From the IMG/VR virus record IMGVR_UViG_3300015615_000196, positions 288,001 through 352,000 of that record: a DNA stretch of 64,000 nt. One strand, given 5' to 3'. A program made the position numbers and the translations under genes. The notes under the pieces are model-generated. The model did no database searches and was not told where the DNA came from. It worked only from the letters and a program-made list of their open reading frames with translations. Below, piece after piece: positions 1-9,490 of this stretch. Positions within the stretch are counted from its first letter, which is position 1; each line of letters starts with the position of its first letter. Source of the DNA: a virus. Lineage: Duplodnaviria; Caudoviricetes.

Positions 1-2
1 TC

Positions 3-677
3 TGGACAAAGGAGGACGCATTCAAACGCTACGGCTTAACCTTTAAGCGTGGAGTACTTATGTATGGTACTCCGGGTGGTGGTAAGTCACACATTATTCA
101 ATTAATTGTGAAGCACCTTATCGACAATGAAAAAGGTGTAGTATTTAAGATTGAGACGGCAAACGATGTTGAAACATTCCACACGTTCATGCAGTCAACC
201 TTCAAGTTGATCGAACCTACAAGAAGACTTGTGGTAATCATTGAAGACATTGACGGCTTGTTCCAGTCGGGTAAATCAACGGAAACAATCCTGCTCAACA
301 TTTTGGATGGTATGGGTCAAATGGACAATGTGGTCTATGTGGCAACTACTAACTATCCAGAAGAACTTGCGGATCGTATCATCAATCGTCCTTCTCGTTT
401 CGATAGACGTTACGAGATTTCGTTGCCGAACGAAGAAGTACGTAGATCGTATTTCGAACAGACGTTAAAACCGGAAGACCTGCCAACCATTGACCTTAAT
501 AAGTGGGTAGCGGAGACGGAGAATCTTTCAATCGCTCACTTACGTGAAGTGATCGTGTCAACGGTAATTCAAGGCAATAGCTTTGAGGAAACCATCAAGT
601 TGATGAAGGATTATAACAGTGAAAGACCTTCCTCAAGAAAATTCAAAGGAAGCAAGACCGTAGGATTTGGGAAATGA
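3..677 (+). CDS. AAA+ ATPase (5'-truncated by window edge)
   Basis: Walker A GTPGGGKS, Walker B IIEDID, SRH TTNYPE..RPSRFDR; frame open back to position 3. Confidence 0.9.
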   Translation, partial: WTKEDAFKRYGLTFKRGVLMYGTPGGGKSHIIQLIVKHLIDNEKGVVFKIETANDVETFHTFMQSTFKLIEPTRRLVVIIEDIDGLFQSGKSTETILLNILDGMGQMDNVVYVATTNYPEELADRIINRPSRFDRRYEISLPNEEVRRSYFEQTLKPEDLPTIDLNKWVAETENLSIAHLREVIVSTVIQGNSFEETIKLMKDYNSERPSSRKFKGSKTVGFGK

Positions 678-946
678 CAACAAAAACCGCTTATAGAGTT
701 GTAGATTACAAAGGAGTGCAATATCTCCATTATCTAAAACTCTATAAGTTTTGGTTTGTAAAGTGGTATGAATGGGAAACGATCTCATATCCCAATGAAC
801 ACGGAAAACCGCAGGTTGTTTGTAATAAGATACAAGACTACCGCAGTATACGAAAATTTGTTATCAAGTATCCAGACATAGCAGAGTACTTTAAGACTGA
901 GTATGTTGAAAGAAAAAACAAGTTTAAAAACGGTCACAATAAGTAG
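674..946 (+). CDS. hypothetical protein
   Basis: ATGA overlap with upstream stop. Confidence 0.7.
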   Translation: MTTKTAYRVVDYKGVQYLHYLKLYKFWFVKWYEWETISYPNEHGKPQVVCNKIQDYRSIRKFVIKYPDIAEYFKTEYVERKNKFKNGHNK

Positions 947-1223
947 CATCGTCATTACGATGTTCTGTCACATTTTTTGTTGCGTTCTTCCACTCTTAGG
1001 ATTCGTTGTGGGTCTTAATGTCATTGGAAGCTACGCTCACGCCTATGAGAGTGTCATTATTGCTCTCAACCTTATTTCAATCACCTTCGGCTTTTACTAC
1101 ACGTATCTCCATAAGGAGAAAAAGAAGTGTGATCACCAGCATTGTCATGATCGCAGTAAAGTAGCATTCTGGATCGCGACAATTATTTCTCTATCGATAA
1201 TGATTGTTCCACACTTAAATTAA
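903..1223 (+). CDS. MerC/MerT-like Cys/His-rich membrane protein
   Basis: 3 TM segments; CHIFCCVLP motif in TM1; CDHQHCH loop. Confidence 0.55.
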   Translation: MLKEKTSLKTVTISSIVITMFCHIFCCVLPLLGFVVGLNVIGSYAHAYESVIIALNLISITFGFYYTYLHKEKKKCDHQHCHDRSKVAFWIATIISLSIMIVPHLN

Positions 1224-1227
1224 AAAC

Positions 1228-1632
1228 ATGAAGACCAAGGAGTTAGAGTTTAATGGGAAGCAAGTAATTGTGGTTGATGCGCCCGTCACGGCAACACATG
1301 CAAATCCGTCTGTGTTCGATGGTGCAAGGTATATCGTCTATAAGAAAAACAAACCTCTCGATTCATATGTGTTCGATACCAATGGTGATGACACGGAATT
1401 AGTGAGTCGCTACGAAAATCGTTGGGTCAACATTGGTAAAGTTTCATTGGCCGAGGAAGGGAAAGTGGCTGACCTGTTCACTCCCATCAAGAATGGAAAT
1501 TTTTGGGAATATGAACACAATGGTGTCATTTACCCGAAAGCCGTAGATGCATTGAAAGACATCTTGGATCAAGAAACTGGTTTTGAGAACCCGTTTGTCT
1601 TGGTCATAAAACCACAAATCGAATATGCATGA
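1228..1632 (+). CDS. hypothetical protein
   Basis: ORF in tightly packed operon. Confidence 0.7.
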   Translation: MKTKELEFNGKQVIVVDAPVTATHANPSVFDGARYIVYKKNKPLDSYVFDTNGDDTELVSRYENRWVNIGKVSLAEEGKVADLFTPIKNGNFWEYEHNGVIYPKAVDALKDILDQETGFENPFVLVIKPQIEYA

Positions 1633-2011
1633 TATTGTTAAAGTTGTAATGGATGCATCTTATCCTTACAATGATTTTCTTGGATGGTGGCAATCAATGG
1701 ACACCTACGACAAAGAGGTCTGGACGTACATTTCAAAAGACTCTGGTCGTACCGAGCAAAATTCAATGTTGCTCACTAAGAAGGCAATGGAACTGTATTG
1801 CCTTGAAATGGGAATCGACTACATTCCCAACAGTGAGGAATACCTTGACAAAATGTTTAGACGATTAATCTCAATGATCGTCATTGCTTCGTTAATTGAT
1901 CGTGGCATGGTCTACATTGGATCAGGCAGATTATCATTCATTGAAGATGCAACTCCAATGTTGACGGAGAAAGGAAAGAACTACCAAAAGGAATCTAAAG
2001 CAGATAAGTGA
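1625..2011 (+). CDS. hypothetical protein
   Basis: ORF in tightly packed operon. Confidence 0.7.
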   Translation: MHDIVKVVMDASYPYNDFLGWWQSMDTYDKEVWTYISKDSGRTEQNSMLLTKKAMELYCLEMGIDYIPNSEEYLDKMFRRLISMIVIASLIDRGMVYIGSGRLSFIEDATPMLTEKGKNYQKESKADK

Positions 2012-2523
2012 GAATTGTCTTTCTCGATATTGATGGTGTTTTAAATCACGAAGCATTCTACCGAAAACGGCAAGAGGAAGGGATACATATTTACCCAACG
2101 TATCCTTTGTCTGAATTCGATCCTGAATCTGTTTCTCGATTGAACTACATTCTTGAACAGACAGGTGCTAAAGTGGTAATGTCTTCCTCATGGAGACACG
2201 GGCGTACAATTCAAGAACTTCAAAACATACTTGAGAAAGTCGGCTTTAAAGGTGAGTTGATTGACAAGACTCCATCCTTCAAACACGATGATTGTGTGCG
2301 TGGTAATGAGATCGAAAAATGGATTGATGACCACAGAGAATTACTTGGAGCAGACAAGTTCAGATATTGCGAATACGTGATTCTGGACGATGATTGCGAC
2401 ATGCTTTATACGCAAAAGGACAATTTCATACACGTAGATCGGTATGTTGGTATTACCATGCAGACTGCAATTCGTGCAATTAATATTTTGAAAACTGTAA
2501 GAGAACCCTTAATTTTGAGTTGA
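2008..2523 (+). CDS. HAD-superfamily phosphatase (Swiss-army-knife RNA repair-like HAD)
   Basis: FLDIDGVLN, SSSWR, RGNEI, YVILDDD motifs. Confidence 0.85.
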   Translation: MRIVFLDIDGVLNHEAFYRKRQEEGIHIYPTYPLSEFDPESVSRLNYILEQTGAKVVMSSSWRHGRTIQELQNILEKVGFKGELIDKTPSFKHDDCVRGNEIEKWIDDHRELLGADKFRYCEYVILDDDCDMLYTQKDNFIHVDRYVGITMQTAIRAINILKTVREPLILS

Positions 2524-2524
2524 C

Positions 2525-2749
2525 ATGGATCGTACTGTAACCATAAGCGAAGCTGATTTCAATAAAGTAGAGAAGGAACACAATGCTGTTGTTCTTCAAA
2601 ACACAGTATTGAAGAGAGACTTGACTCGTGCTTTGCTTTTACTGAAAACAAGTACCGAATACTACGATACCGACATCAGTGATGTTGACGAGTTCGAAGA
2701 AAAGGTCGTGAAGTTCATTTCAATAACGAAGAGAGATCACAAGATATAA
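2525..2749 (+). CDS. hypothetical protein
   Basis: ORF, TAATG coupling to next gene. Confidence 0.65.
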   Translation: MDRTVTISEADFNKVEKEHNAVVLQNTVLKRDLTRALLLLKTSTEYYDTDISDVDEFEEKVVKFISITKRDHKI

Positions 2750-3336
2750 TGGACTACCAAGAATTTAGAGACAAGATGGATGCACTGGATGCATTCATTG
2801 AAACTTGCGAGACAAAAGAAATTGATGGTGACATTCACATCACGATCAATGACGATAACGTTGACGAGTTCAGAGAGATCATGCAGGACTTGATCACCAT
2901 TGCAACAAGCGATGATAACTACGTTGATCAGATACTTGAATACTTAGCTGAAATCGATCAAAAAATTACTGACAAAAATATGATTGCAAAGTTTATCCCC
3001 GTGTTCGCTGCAATACAAGCATTTGCAAGCGCAGTACGTACCTTCGCACAAGGCGAAGTAGAAGAAGGAAAAGCCATTGAATTATTCAAGGGCACAGGTG
3101 ATCCGAATGTTGACGAATGGGTCTTCGAAATGAATACGTTGACTGCTCCGATGGATGCACGATTTGGTAAGGTTGTGGATAAGGTGAAGACTGAATCTGG
3201 TTCAACAGTTATCAAGATCAAAGCACCGCTTGCGAATGAAATCGTGGAGTGGGAGGATACGATGTTTGTTGTTGTTCCTGAAATGGAAAAAATCCTCAAG
3301 GAGTATCAGACGAAGTACACTAAAACCTTTTTCTAA
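2749..3336 (+). CDS. hypothetical acidic protein
   Basis: 195 aa ORF, TAATG coupling. Confidence 0.75.
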   Translation: MDYQEFRDKMDALDAFIETCETKEIDGDIHITINDDNVDEFREIMQDLITIATSDDNYVDQILEYLAEIDQKITDKNMIAKFIPVFAAIQAFASAVRTFAQGEVEEGKAIELFKGTGDPNVDEWVFEMNTLTAPMDARFGKVVDKVKTESGSTVIKIKAPLANEIVEWEDTMFVVVPEMEKILKEYQTKYTKTFF

Positions 3337-3348
3337 TCCTTACGTATA
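3324..3348 (+). promoter_or_regulatory. phage promoter AACCTT-N13-CGTATA
   Basis: motif recurring ~19 times just upstream of gene starts. Confidence 0.75.
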
Positions 3349-3355
3349 AGGGTGT

Positions 3356-3907
3356 ATGGGAGTAATTTATACGCCACCAACCAAAATAGAAGAATCCGAT
3401 TTCATCAATTACATGGTGTTTTTGGCGGGTTCCATTGAAATGGGTGTTGCCGAAGACTGGCAGACCACACTTTCAAAGGAACTGGTCGATATACCGAAGT
3501 TGACAATTCTGAATCCAAGACGACCACAGTGGGATAACTCGTGGGTACAAAGTCTTGACAATCCAATATTCAAGGAACAAGTTGATTGGGAACTGGACGG
3601 CATCGAAAAGGCTGATCTGGTTATCTTCTACTTTGATCCGAATACCAAGTCACCGATTACCCTGCTTGAGTTGGGAATGGTGAGCCAACTGGTACGACTC
3701 GAAAAGCGAATCATTGTGTGTTGCCCCAACGGTTTCTACCGTAAGGGTAACGTTGACATTGTGGTTCACCGTATGCGAGAGAGTATCAGACAGAATCCCT
3801 TCTTCCCCAAAGATGGGTTTGTCAGTGACTACGTAATGCAAGCGGAAACACTGGAAGAATTATTGGATATTGCAAAAAGGTTTTTGAAATATAAAACCAA
3901 TTTGTAA
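3356..3907 (+). CDS. nucleoside 2-deoxyribosyltransferase-like protein
   Basis: VFLAGSI..WQ, NPRR, QVDWEL, SPITLLELG, FYRKGNV. Confidence 0.85.
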   Translation: MGVIYTPPTKIEESDFINYMVFLAGSIEMGVAEDWQTTLSKELVDIPKLTILNPRRPQWDNSWVQSLDNPIFKEQVDWELDGIEKADLVIFYFDPNTKSPITLLELGMVSQLVRLEKRIIVCCPNGFYRKGNVDIVVHRMRESIRQNPFFPKDGFVSDYVMQAETLEELLDIAKRFLKYKTNL

Positions 3908-3919
3908 CTTTCCGTCCTT

Positions 3920-4156
3920 ATGAAGGACATAAAGGAATGCCTCAAATCAACCAGTCTTGACGAGATTAAAAGAGAGATTGATGAACGTAAGGATTTACGT
4001 GCGCAAATGGTAGGACAATTGTATCCTGCAATGTTGACTGATGAAATCAGTCAGTTAACATCGCACTATACTGCCGTTTATCGTTTCGTAAAACACAACA
4101 TGGATCACATCCGAAAACAAGAAGAAGAATGGAAACCTACCCAACCGCCAATGTAA
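3920..4156 (+). CDS. hypothetical protein
   Basis: ORF in operon. Confidence 0.6.
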   Translation: MKDIKECLKSTSLDEIKREIDERKDLRAQMVGQLYPAMLTDEISQLTSHYTAVYRFVKHNMDHIRKQEEEWKPTQPPM

Positions 4157-5235
4157 ATGCAGACTTGATTGCACCACAAATTGTGTCGGTAGAAAACCGT
4201 CCGTTGGATGCAACTATTGAAATTGTGCATGGTGTTGAGAAACATCCGAATGCAGACAAACTTGATCTTTGCATGATCTTGGGTTTCAAGTGTGTGACCA
4301 AACGTGATCAATTCAAAGACGGTGACAAGGTGATTTACGTTCGCCCGGATACGGTATTTCCGTTGGCTGATTGGGCAGCAGAGTATCGTAAGTATTCACC
4401 AAAGAGAATCAAAGCAATTCGTCTTCGTGGAGTATTCAGCGAAGGCGTAATCATTCCATTCGATGCAGTGCCAGAAGACGTGCGTAATCTCATTGTCAAC
4501 TTTGCAGTGGGAGATACCGTTGCCGAAATTCTTGGCATCACGCACTACCAAGAACCTGAACCACAGGATCAATCTGCAAAAGGTGGTCTGCCTCTTGGCA
4601 TTCCGAAAACCGATGAAGAACGTTTTGAAGGTATGAAGTATCTTCCGTTCGGAGAGGTCGTTGATCTTCAATTGAAGATTGATGGTCAGTCATGCTCGTA
4701 CTACTACAACTACGAAACCAAAGTCTTTGGTATTCTTGGTCGTAGTCTGGAATTGAAGTACAAGGTGGTTGACGAAAACGGAATCGAAAGCATTGCCAAC
4801 AACAAGTATGTCGAGAACATTCCGATCTACGACATCGAAAATAAATTACGTGACTTCTGTGAGAAGGAACAAATTTCACTTTGTATCCGAGGTGAATCTT
4901 ATGGTCAAGGTTTACAGGGACATGAAATCAATCCTCATGCGAAAGCAAACAAGGGTTGGGCGATGTTCTCCGTATTCTTGATCACCGAGCATGTGTACGC
5001 TGAAAAGGGTCACAAGTATTACTTTAAGAATGTGGCGCAAGCTACAGGGCTTCCTATTGCCCCAATGATCGAAGAAGATGTAGAGTTAACACCTGAATTG
5101 GTGAAACACTATTCCGAAGAAATTGAAAAGCTGAACTACAATGGCATTCAAGCGTTACCGTTTGAAGGTGTTGTGGTAAAGACAAAAGCCGGATCATTCA
5201 AGATCATCAATAAGTACTACGATGCAAACAAGTAA
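4129..5235 (+). CDS. RNA ligase, DRB0094/Rnl5 family
   Basis: N-terminal OB/tRNA-binding HPNADKL; RLRGVFSEG; PKTDEER; KIDG motif I; EGVVVK; SFKIIN. Confidence 0.88.
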   Translation: METYPTANVNADLIAPQIVSVENRPLDATIEIVHGVEKHPNADKLDLCMILGFKCVTKRDQFKDGDKVIYVRPDTVFPLADWAAEYRKYSPKRIKAIRLRGVFSEGVIIPFDAVPEDVRNLIVNFAVGDTVAEILGITHYQEPEPQDQSAKGGLPLGIPKTDEERFEGMKYLPFGEVVDLQLKIDGQSCSYYYNYETKVFGILGRSLELKYKVVDENGIESIANNKYVENIPIYDIENKLRDFCEKEQISLCIRGESYGQGLQGHEINPHAKANKGWAMFSVFLITEHVYAEKGHKYYFKNVAQATGLPIAPMIEEDVELTPELVKHYSEEIEKLNYNGIQALPFEGVVVKTKAGSFKIINKYYDANK

Positions 5236-6012
5236 ATGAAAGGTCAACTTACATTTCAGAACTACAAGTCTTACACGAAAGAAGATCAAAAGACTTGGGG
5301 TGCTCTTTTCGAACGTCAGGTGGATAACCTGAAAAAAGACAACAAGGTTGTCGAAGAGTTTTGGGAAGGTGTCAATAAGTTGAAAATCAAAAGAGGTGAA
5401 ATACCCAATTTTGAAAACGTCAACAAGATACTCAAGCCACTGAACAATTTTGAGATCATGGGTGTGACTGGTTTGCTGGATGATCAAATCTTCTTCCAGC
5501 TAATCAAGAATCGCAAGTTCCCGGTGACCACTTGGATTCGCAAACCTCACCAGATCGACTATATTGAAGAACCGGATATGTTTCATGACTTGCTCGGTCA
5601 CGTACCGTTCCTTGCTCATAAATCGTATACGGACTTACTGGTTGAACTTGCCGATGCTGCCTTACTTTCGTTCCAGAGAAACGACAAAGTGTTTCAGGAT
5701 GCGTTTGTGCGCTTTTACTGGTACAGTGTTGAGTTCGGTCTTCTCCTGAACAAAGAAGGAAAGCACCAGATTTACGGAGCAGGGATTCTTTCATCGTTCT
5801 CGGAGACAAACAAAGTGTTTGAAGCAGAGAGTGTGAAGAAGGATTTCAGCTACGACATTTTGAAGGAAGACTTCGATAAGCAGCACCTTCAAAATTTCTA
5901 CGCTGTGCTTTGTGGTCAGGACGGAGGCATTGGCTTTGCAAGTGGAATTGAGCGACTACGGGAATGGGTCGTTTATGTAAACGATCAACAACACGGGAGG
6001 CACAATCCATGA
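5236..6012 (+). CDS. phhA: phenylalanine 4-hydroxylase (biopterin-dependent aromatic amino acid hydroxylase)
   Basis: YIEEPDMFHDLLGHVPFL, RFYWYSVEFGL, YGAGILSS; Fe ligands His/His/Glu intact. Confidence 0.92.
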   Translation: MKGQLTFQNYKSYTKEDQKTWGALFERQVDNLKKDNKVVEEFWEGVNKLKIKRGEIPNFENVNKILKPLNNFEIMGVTGLLDDQIFFQLIKNRKFPVTTWIRKPHQIDYIEEPDMFHDLLGHVPFLAHKSYTDLLVELADAALLSFQRNDKVFQDAFVRFYWYSVEFGLLLNKEGKHQIYGAGILSSFSETNKVFEAESVKKDFSYDILKEDFDKQHLQNFYAVLCGQDGGIGFASGIERLREWVVYVNDQQHGRHNP

Positions 6013-6243
6013 ACATAAAAGGTGAAATGCTGAAACCAGAAACCAGATGTTACAAAGGCAACATCGAAGATCACGATAACGGTAGACGCATACTCTTTTG
6101 ATGGAACAACCAATGGGCTTTATGTTGAAGCAACGTGGTTAGTCAGTGGAGAAAACATTTTTACTCTTGGCGATATAGGTCGTGTTATGGACTCCGGCAA
6201 GGGACAAATAATTAACGACCAAAGAAAAGTAGATCAGAACTAA
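6009..6243 (+). pseudogene. small ORF frameshifted by a 7-bp tandem duplication
   Basis: AAACCAG repeated at 6033-6046; removing one copy gives a continuous ORF from ATG 6009 to TAA 6243, coupled to both neighbours. Confidence 0.65.
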
Positions 6244-6461
6244 TGAAAGCAACACCACGTCAGCAAGCAATCATACAGGAGGTTCAGAATCAAGCAAGTT
6301 TCTGGATGAATACAAACGACATCACCTCACCAACGCACTATTGTGACATTGAAGAAGAAGTACGCAAGCTGGAAATGGACGATGTGTTGACGAAAGCAGA
6401 TGCGAAAAAACTTGAAGACCTTTTAGGTGACCTATACGATTTCATAAAAACAAAACTTTAA
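6243..6461 (+). CDS. hypothetical protein
   Basis: TAATG coupling. Confidence 0.65.
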   Translation: MKATPRQQAIIQEVQNQASFWMNTNDITSPTHYCDIEEEVRKLEMDDVLTKADAKKLEDLLGDLYDFIKTKL

Positions 6462-6465
6462 AGCC

Positions 6466-6879
6466 ATGACAGCATTAGTTGTATTACAGGTTCTTTTCAT
6501 CCTGTTCATTCATTGGGTTGCAGATTTTCTTCTTCAAACCGAAAACATGGCAACCAAGAAAAGCACATCAAACTATTGGTTAACCCAACACGTACTTGCG
6601 TATGCCGTAGGAATTATTCCTATTGGCCTTCTCGTGTTCTTCATGGGACACGTTACTTGGGCAGGTGCAATTCTTTGGGTGGTCTTGAATAGTGGCCTAC
6701 ACTGGCTGACGGACTACTACACGAGCCGTTGGACGAGCCAGCTTTACGCTACCAAGAATTTTTACAACCCAAACAAGTACTTCAAGTACTTTAACTTTCC
6801 GGCTTTTTTCAGTGTTATTGGCCTTGACCAGATTATTCATTACTCCTGCCTATTTATCACATATGCAGCATTCACGTAA
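6466..6879 (+). CDS. DUF3307-like membrane protein
   Basis: HWVADFLLQ, HWLTD, IGLDQIIH motifs. Confidence 0.8.
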   Translation: MTALVVLQVLFILFIHWVADFLLQTENMATKKSTSNYWLTQHVLAYAVGIIPIGLLVFFMGHVTWAGAILWVVLNSGLHWLTDYYTSRWTSQLYATKNFYNPNKYFKYFNFPAFFSVIGLDQIIHYSCLFITYAAFT

Positions 6880-6987
6880 TGAAAATTTTTAGAAAGAAGG
6901 ACAGGACAAAAATCAAAAAGGCATTAGTGGGAGTACTTGTGATTCTCATTCTTTTGTTTTATATTTGGTTTTTAAACCAGTCTCACC

Positions 6988-8070
6988 ATGTTAAACCGTA
7001 ACGGTAATAAGTTAGCCATCTTTGAAGATTTCGTAGTAGACACGAACCTACCAAAGTACACAAAAGGTACGCCCGTTGAATTACAGGGCAGCATTCCGGT
7101 CACAAGTGGAAGCGTTTTCATATCCACTGGATCAGCAACAACAATAAACACTTGGGGTACGATTCAAGTAGCCCCATCAAACGATGGATGGGTCGGAATG
7201 GATTCAGGCTCTGGCTCATACTCAGAGAGCAAACCCAAAGGATTCATTGGTGGACTTCTTGCAAAATTTGCAAAGAAGAAGGAAGAGAAAAGAAAGACAA
7301 TGACCATCATTTCATTCTTCTCGTCTCTGGCGCAATCCTTGAACGATTTAAAGACCTTACAGGATATTGCCATCCACTACGAGACTGCAATTTCAAATGC
7401 AGCTAAAGCAGGGCAAACGGCTCTGGTGGACACGTTGAAAAGCCGACTGGAATCGGCAAAATCTGAGGTTCAGTTGGTCATCAATAACTTAAATAAGTAT
7501 TTGACCGAAGACCAGATTGTCGATTTCTACAAGCAAGCGAAGAAGGACAAGAACCTCAAGTTGACGTGGATCAAACATTTTATCAAACCAATTCCTTCAA
7601 GAATTCTGGATGCAAAAGCAGACCTTGACAAACAGTTGGTATTTGACAACTACGTGGTACTCCACTACGATCCGAACAACGATGCTACGGACTACACCGC
7701 AGACGAGAAGGAAGAAATCAAGAGACGCGAGAAAGACCCAATTCTGTTTGGTGTTATCAAGAACAGCCGTAGACTTTACTACATCGGTGACTGGATTGAT
7801 GACTACTGCGATCTTACCCTTGACGTGGTAATTGAAACACTTGGAGAAAAAGTGAATGAGGTCAACAATGATAAGGTGAAAACTTATCTTGACTTGGGTG
7901 AGAGAAAAGAAGTGCGTGAGAAGAAACCAAATCCATACGCCTCAACTGCGTCTACGGTAAACTTCCCTTCAATGAATTTTGAGAAGGTGAAGGAAGCTGT
8001 AGAGAAGCCAATTAAGATGGTGAGCCGTGTCTTCACTAAGAAGAAGGCGACTGCCAAGAAAAAGAAATGA
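6988..8070 (+). CDS. hypothetical phage protein
   Basis: 360 aa ORF; KDPILFG..LYYIGDWIDDYCDLT segment. Confidence 0.8.
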   Translation: MLNRNGNKLAIFEDFVVDTNLPKYTKGTPVELQGSIPVTSGSVFISTGSATTINTWGTIQVAPSNDGWVGMDSGSGSYSESKPKGFIGGLLAKFAKKKEEKRKTMTIISFFSSLAQSLNDLKTLQDIAIHYETAISNAAKAGQTALVDTLKSRLESAKSEVQLVINNLNKYLTEDQIVDFYKQAKKDKNLKLTWIKHFIKPIPSRILDAKADLDKQLVFDNYVVLHYDPNNDATDYTADEKEEIKRREKDPILFGVIKNSRRLYYIGDWIDDYCDLTLDVVIETLGEKVNEVNNDKVKTYLDLGERKEVREKKPNPYASTASTVNFPSMNFEKVKEAVEKPIKMVSRVFTKKKATAKKKK

Positions 8071-8411
8071 AACCCCCGAAAGACTTAACACTGGTGGATT
8101 TAATCACCGTGTACGATCTGATCGCAACCTTACGGAAGGCGACAGTTCCTGTTAACGAACACATTGATCCTTTAGCAGTAGATGATTGTTGGGATGAATT
8201 GACCAACATCGTTGACAGCATGGGTCTACTGATCAAAGATAAACTTGTTACGAAGGAATCCATTGAAGCCATTCTCGGCAGGAAGATCGTGACTTTTGAA
8301 AAGGTCTACGATGAACAGGGAGTTCTTCGTGAAGTAAAAGTCCAACCAGTAATGGCAGTCGAATACATTACGATGCAATTTAAAATCGTACCGGAAGGTA
8401 CTGAACTATGA
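8067..8411 (+). CDS. hypothetical protein
   Basis: ATGA overlap. Confidence 0.65.
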   Translation: MKPPKDLTLVDLITVYDLIATLRKATVPVNEHIDPLAVDDCWDELTNIVDSMGLLIKDKLVTKESIEAILGRKIVTFEKVYDEQGVLREVKVQPVMAVEYITMQFKIVPEGTEL

Positions 8412-8611
8412 ATGTTTCAAAAGACGTAACAATTACCCTCACTCCGAAAGAAGCAGAGAAGATCATCCTTGATCATTTGAATTCTACTCATGCAGGATTC
8501 AATATGAAAACCGTTCACTTTGACATTAAAAGAGAATACGGTGAGTATGGCGATCACAGTGAGTATCACAGCTTAGGCGAAGTAAGATGTGAAGGAAAAC
8601 TTGTTGGGTAA
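8408..8611 (+). CDS. hypothetical protein
   Basis: ATGA overlap. Confidence 0.6.
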   Translation: MNVSKDVTITLTPKEAEKIILDHLNSTHAGFNMKTVHFDIKREYGEYGDHSEYHSLGEVRCEGKLVG

Positions 8612-8698
8612 TCAACGTTTTCTCTTTTGAGAAATCGAATAGATGATACCACTGATGATTAGGATTGCATAGAATGCAATGAAGCAGTATACAAACAT

Positions 8699-9115
8699 TT
8701 AATCGCCACCTCCCGAAGAGCATCCACTGCTTCCGCTATCGTGACTACTGCTGTCATGTGAATGACTATGAGAGTCATCACTTGAATGATGATGGTTGTC
8801 GTCATTCGAATCGTGATGATGGTTGTCGTCATTCGAATCGTGACGGTGATTGCTTCGATGACTGTCTTCTTCTGATGAATTATTCCACACCGAAATTGGA
8901 CTGATGGGACTCAAAGGGTTGAGAGGATTCAGGAAATCATCATCGTTTCTACGTGTGAGATTTTTAACATGTTCTTCATGTTCACGGATACGATCCATGC
9001 GTTTCTTACGAGCAGCTTGCCACTGTGCATGTTCTTTTTCCCATGCTTCGTGTTCTTTGCGTTTACGTTCCTCTTCTCTTTTTTTAGAGGACTTGAAGAT
9101 ACTGAATAATCCCAT
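8699..9115 (-). CDS. low-complexity His/Ser/Asp-rich protein
   Basis: start MGLFSIFK just downstream of tRNA-Leu; C-terminal H/S/D tract ending SSGGGD. Confidence 0.7.
   Translation of the reverse strand: MGLFSIFKSSKKREEERKRKEHEAWEKEHAQWQAARKKRMDRIREHEEHVKNLTRRNDDDFLNPLNPLSPISPISVWNNSSEEDSHRSNHRHDSNDDNHHHDSNDDNHHHSSDDSHSHSHDSSSHDSGSSGCSSGGGD
8787..8843. repeat. 27-bp tandem duplication (HHDSNDDNH x2)
   Basis: tgatgatggttgtcgtcattcgaatcg present twice. Confidence 0.85.
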
Positions 9116-9132
9116 ATTCGTTTTGTTTTTTG

Positions 9133-9218
9133 TAGCACTGACGGGAATCGAACCCATACGTCCATTACTGAACACCAGATTTTAAGTCTGGCTTGTCTAC
9201 CAGTTCCAACACAGTGCC
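9133..9218 (-). tRNA. tRNA-Leu(TAA)
   Basis: acceptor GGCACTG/CAGTGCT, CCAGA-CTTAAAA-TCTGG anticodon arm, long variable arm, GGGTTCGATTCCC; CCA not encoded. Confidence 0.93.
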
Positions 9219-9225
9219 GAAGACT

Positions 9226-9474
9226 TTAGTCTTTCTTCTTAACCGTGTTTGTTTGCGTTGCTTTTAAGAGCAAGCTGAACACCCACACAATCTTTACTGA
9301 TTGCCACCATGTTAAGGTTGCAGCCAATACACCGCTTTCAATTGCCTTCGGGAACATTGCAGTAATGGAATCCTCCCAAATAAGCCACAGGGCAGTACCG
9401 CCCAAAACTGACATAACACATACTAAAAATAGGGCCACCACAATGAACCCTACGCCTTCCATGAAATCACTCAT
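9226..9474 (-). CDS. membrane protein
   Basis: two hydrophobic segments. Confidence 0.7.
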   Translation of the reverse strand: MSDFMEGVGFIVVALFLVCVMSVLGGTALWLIWEDSITAMFPKAIESGVLAATLTWWQSVKIVWVFSLLLKATQTNTVKKKD

Positions 9475-9490
9475 AATTGTAGTTGTTTAA

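Noticed and set aside
8787-8843. CRISPR-like repeat
   Set aside because: Only two adjacent in-frame copies with no spacer; no CRISPR array or cas gene was seen in the window
8699-9175. ORF start at 9175
   Set aside because: It lies inside tRNA-Leu; ATG at 9115 is the plausible start
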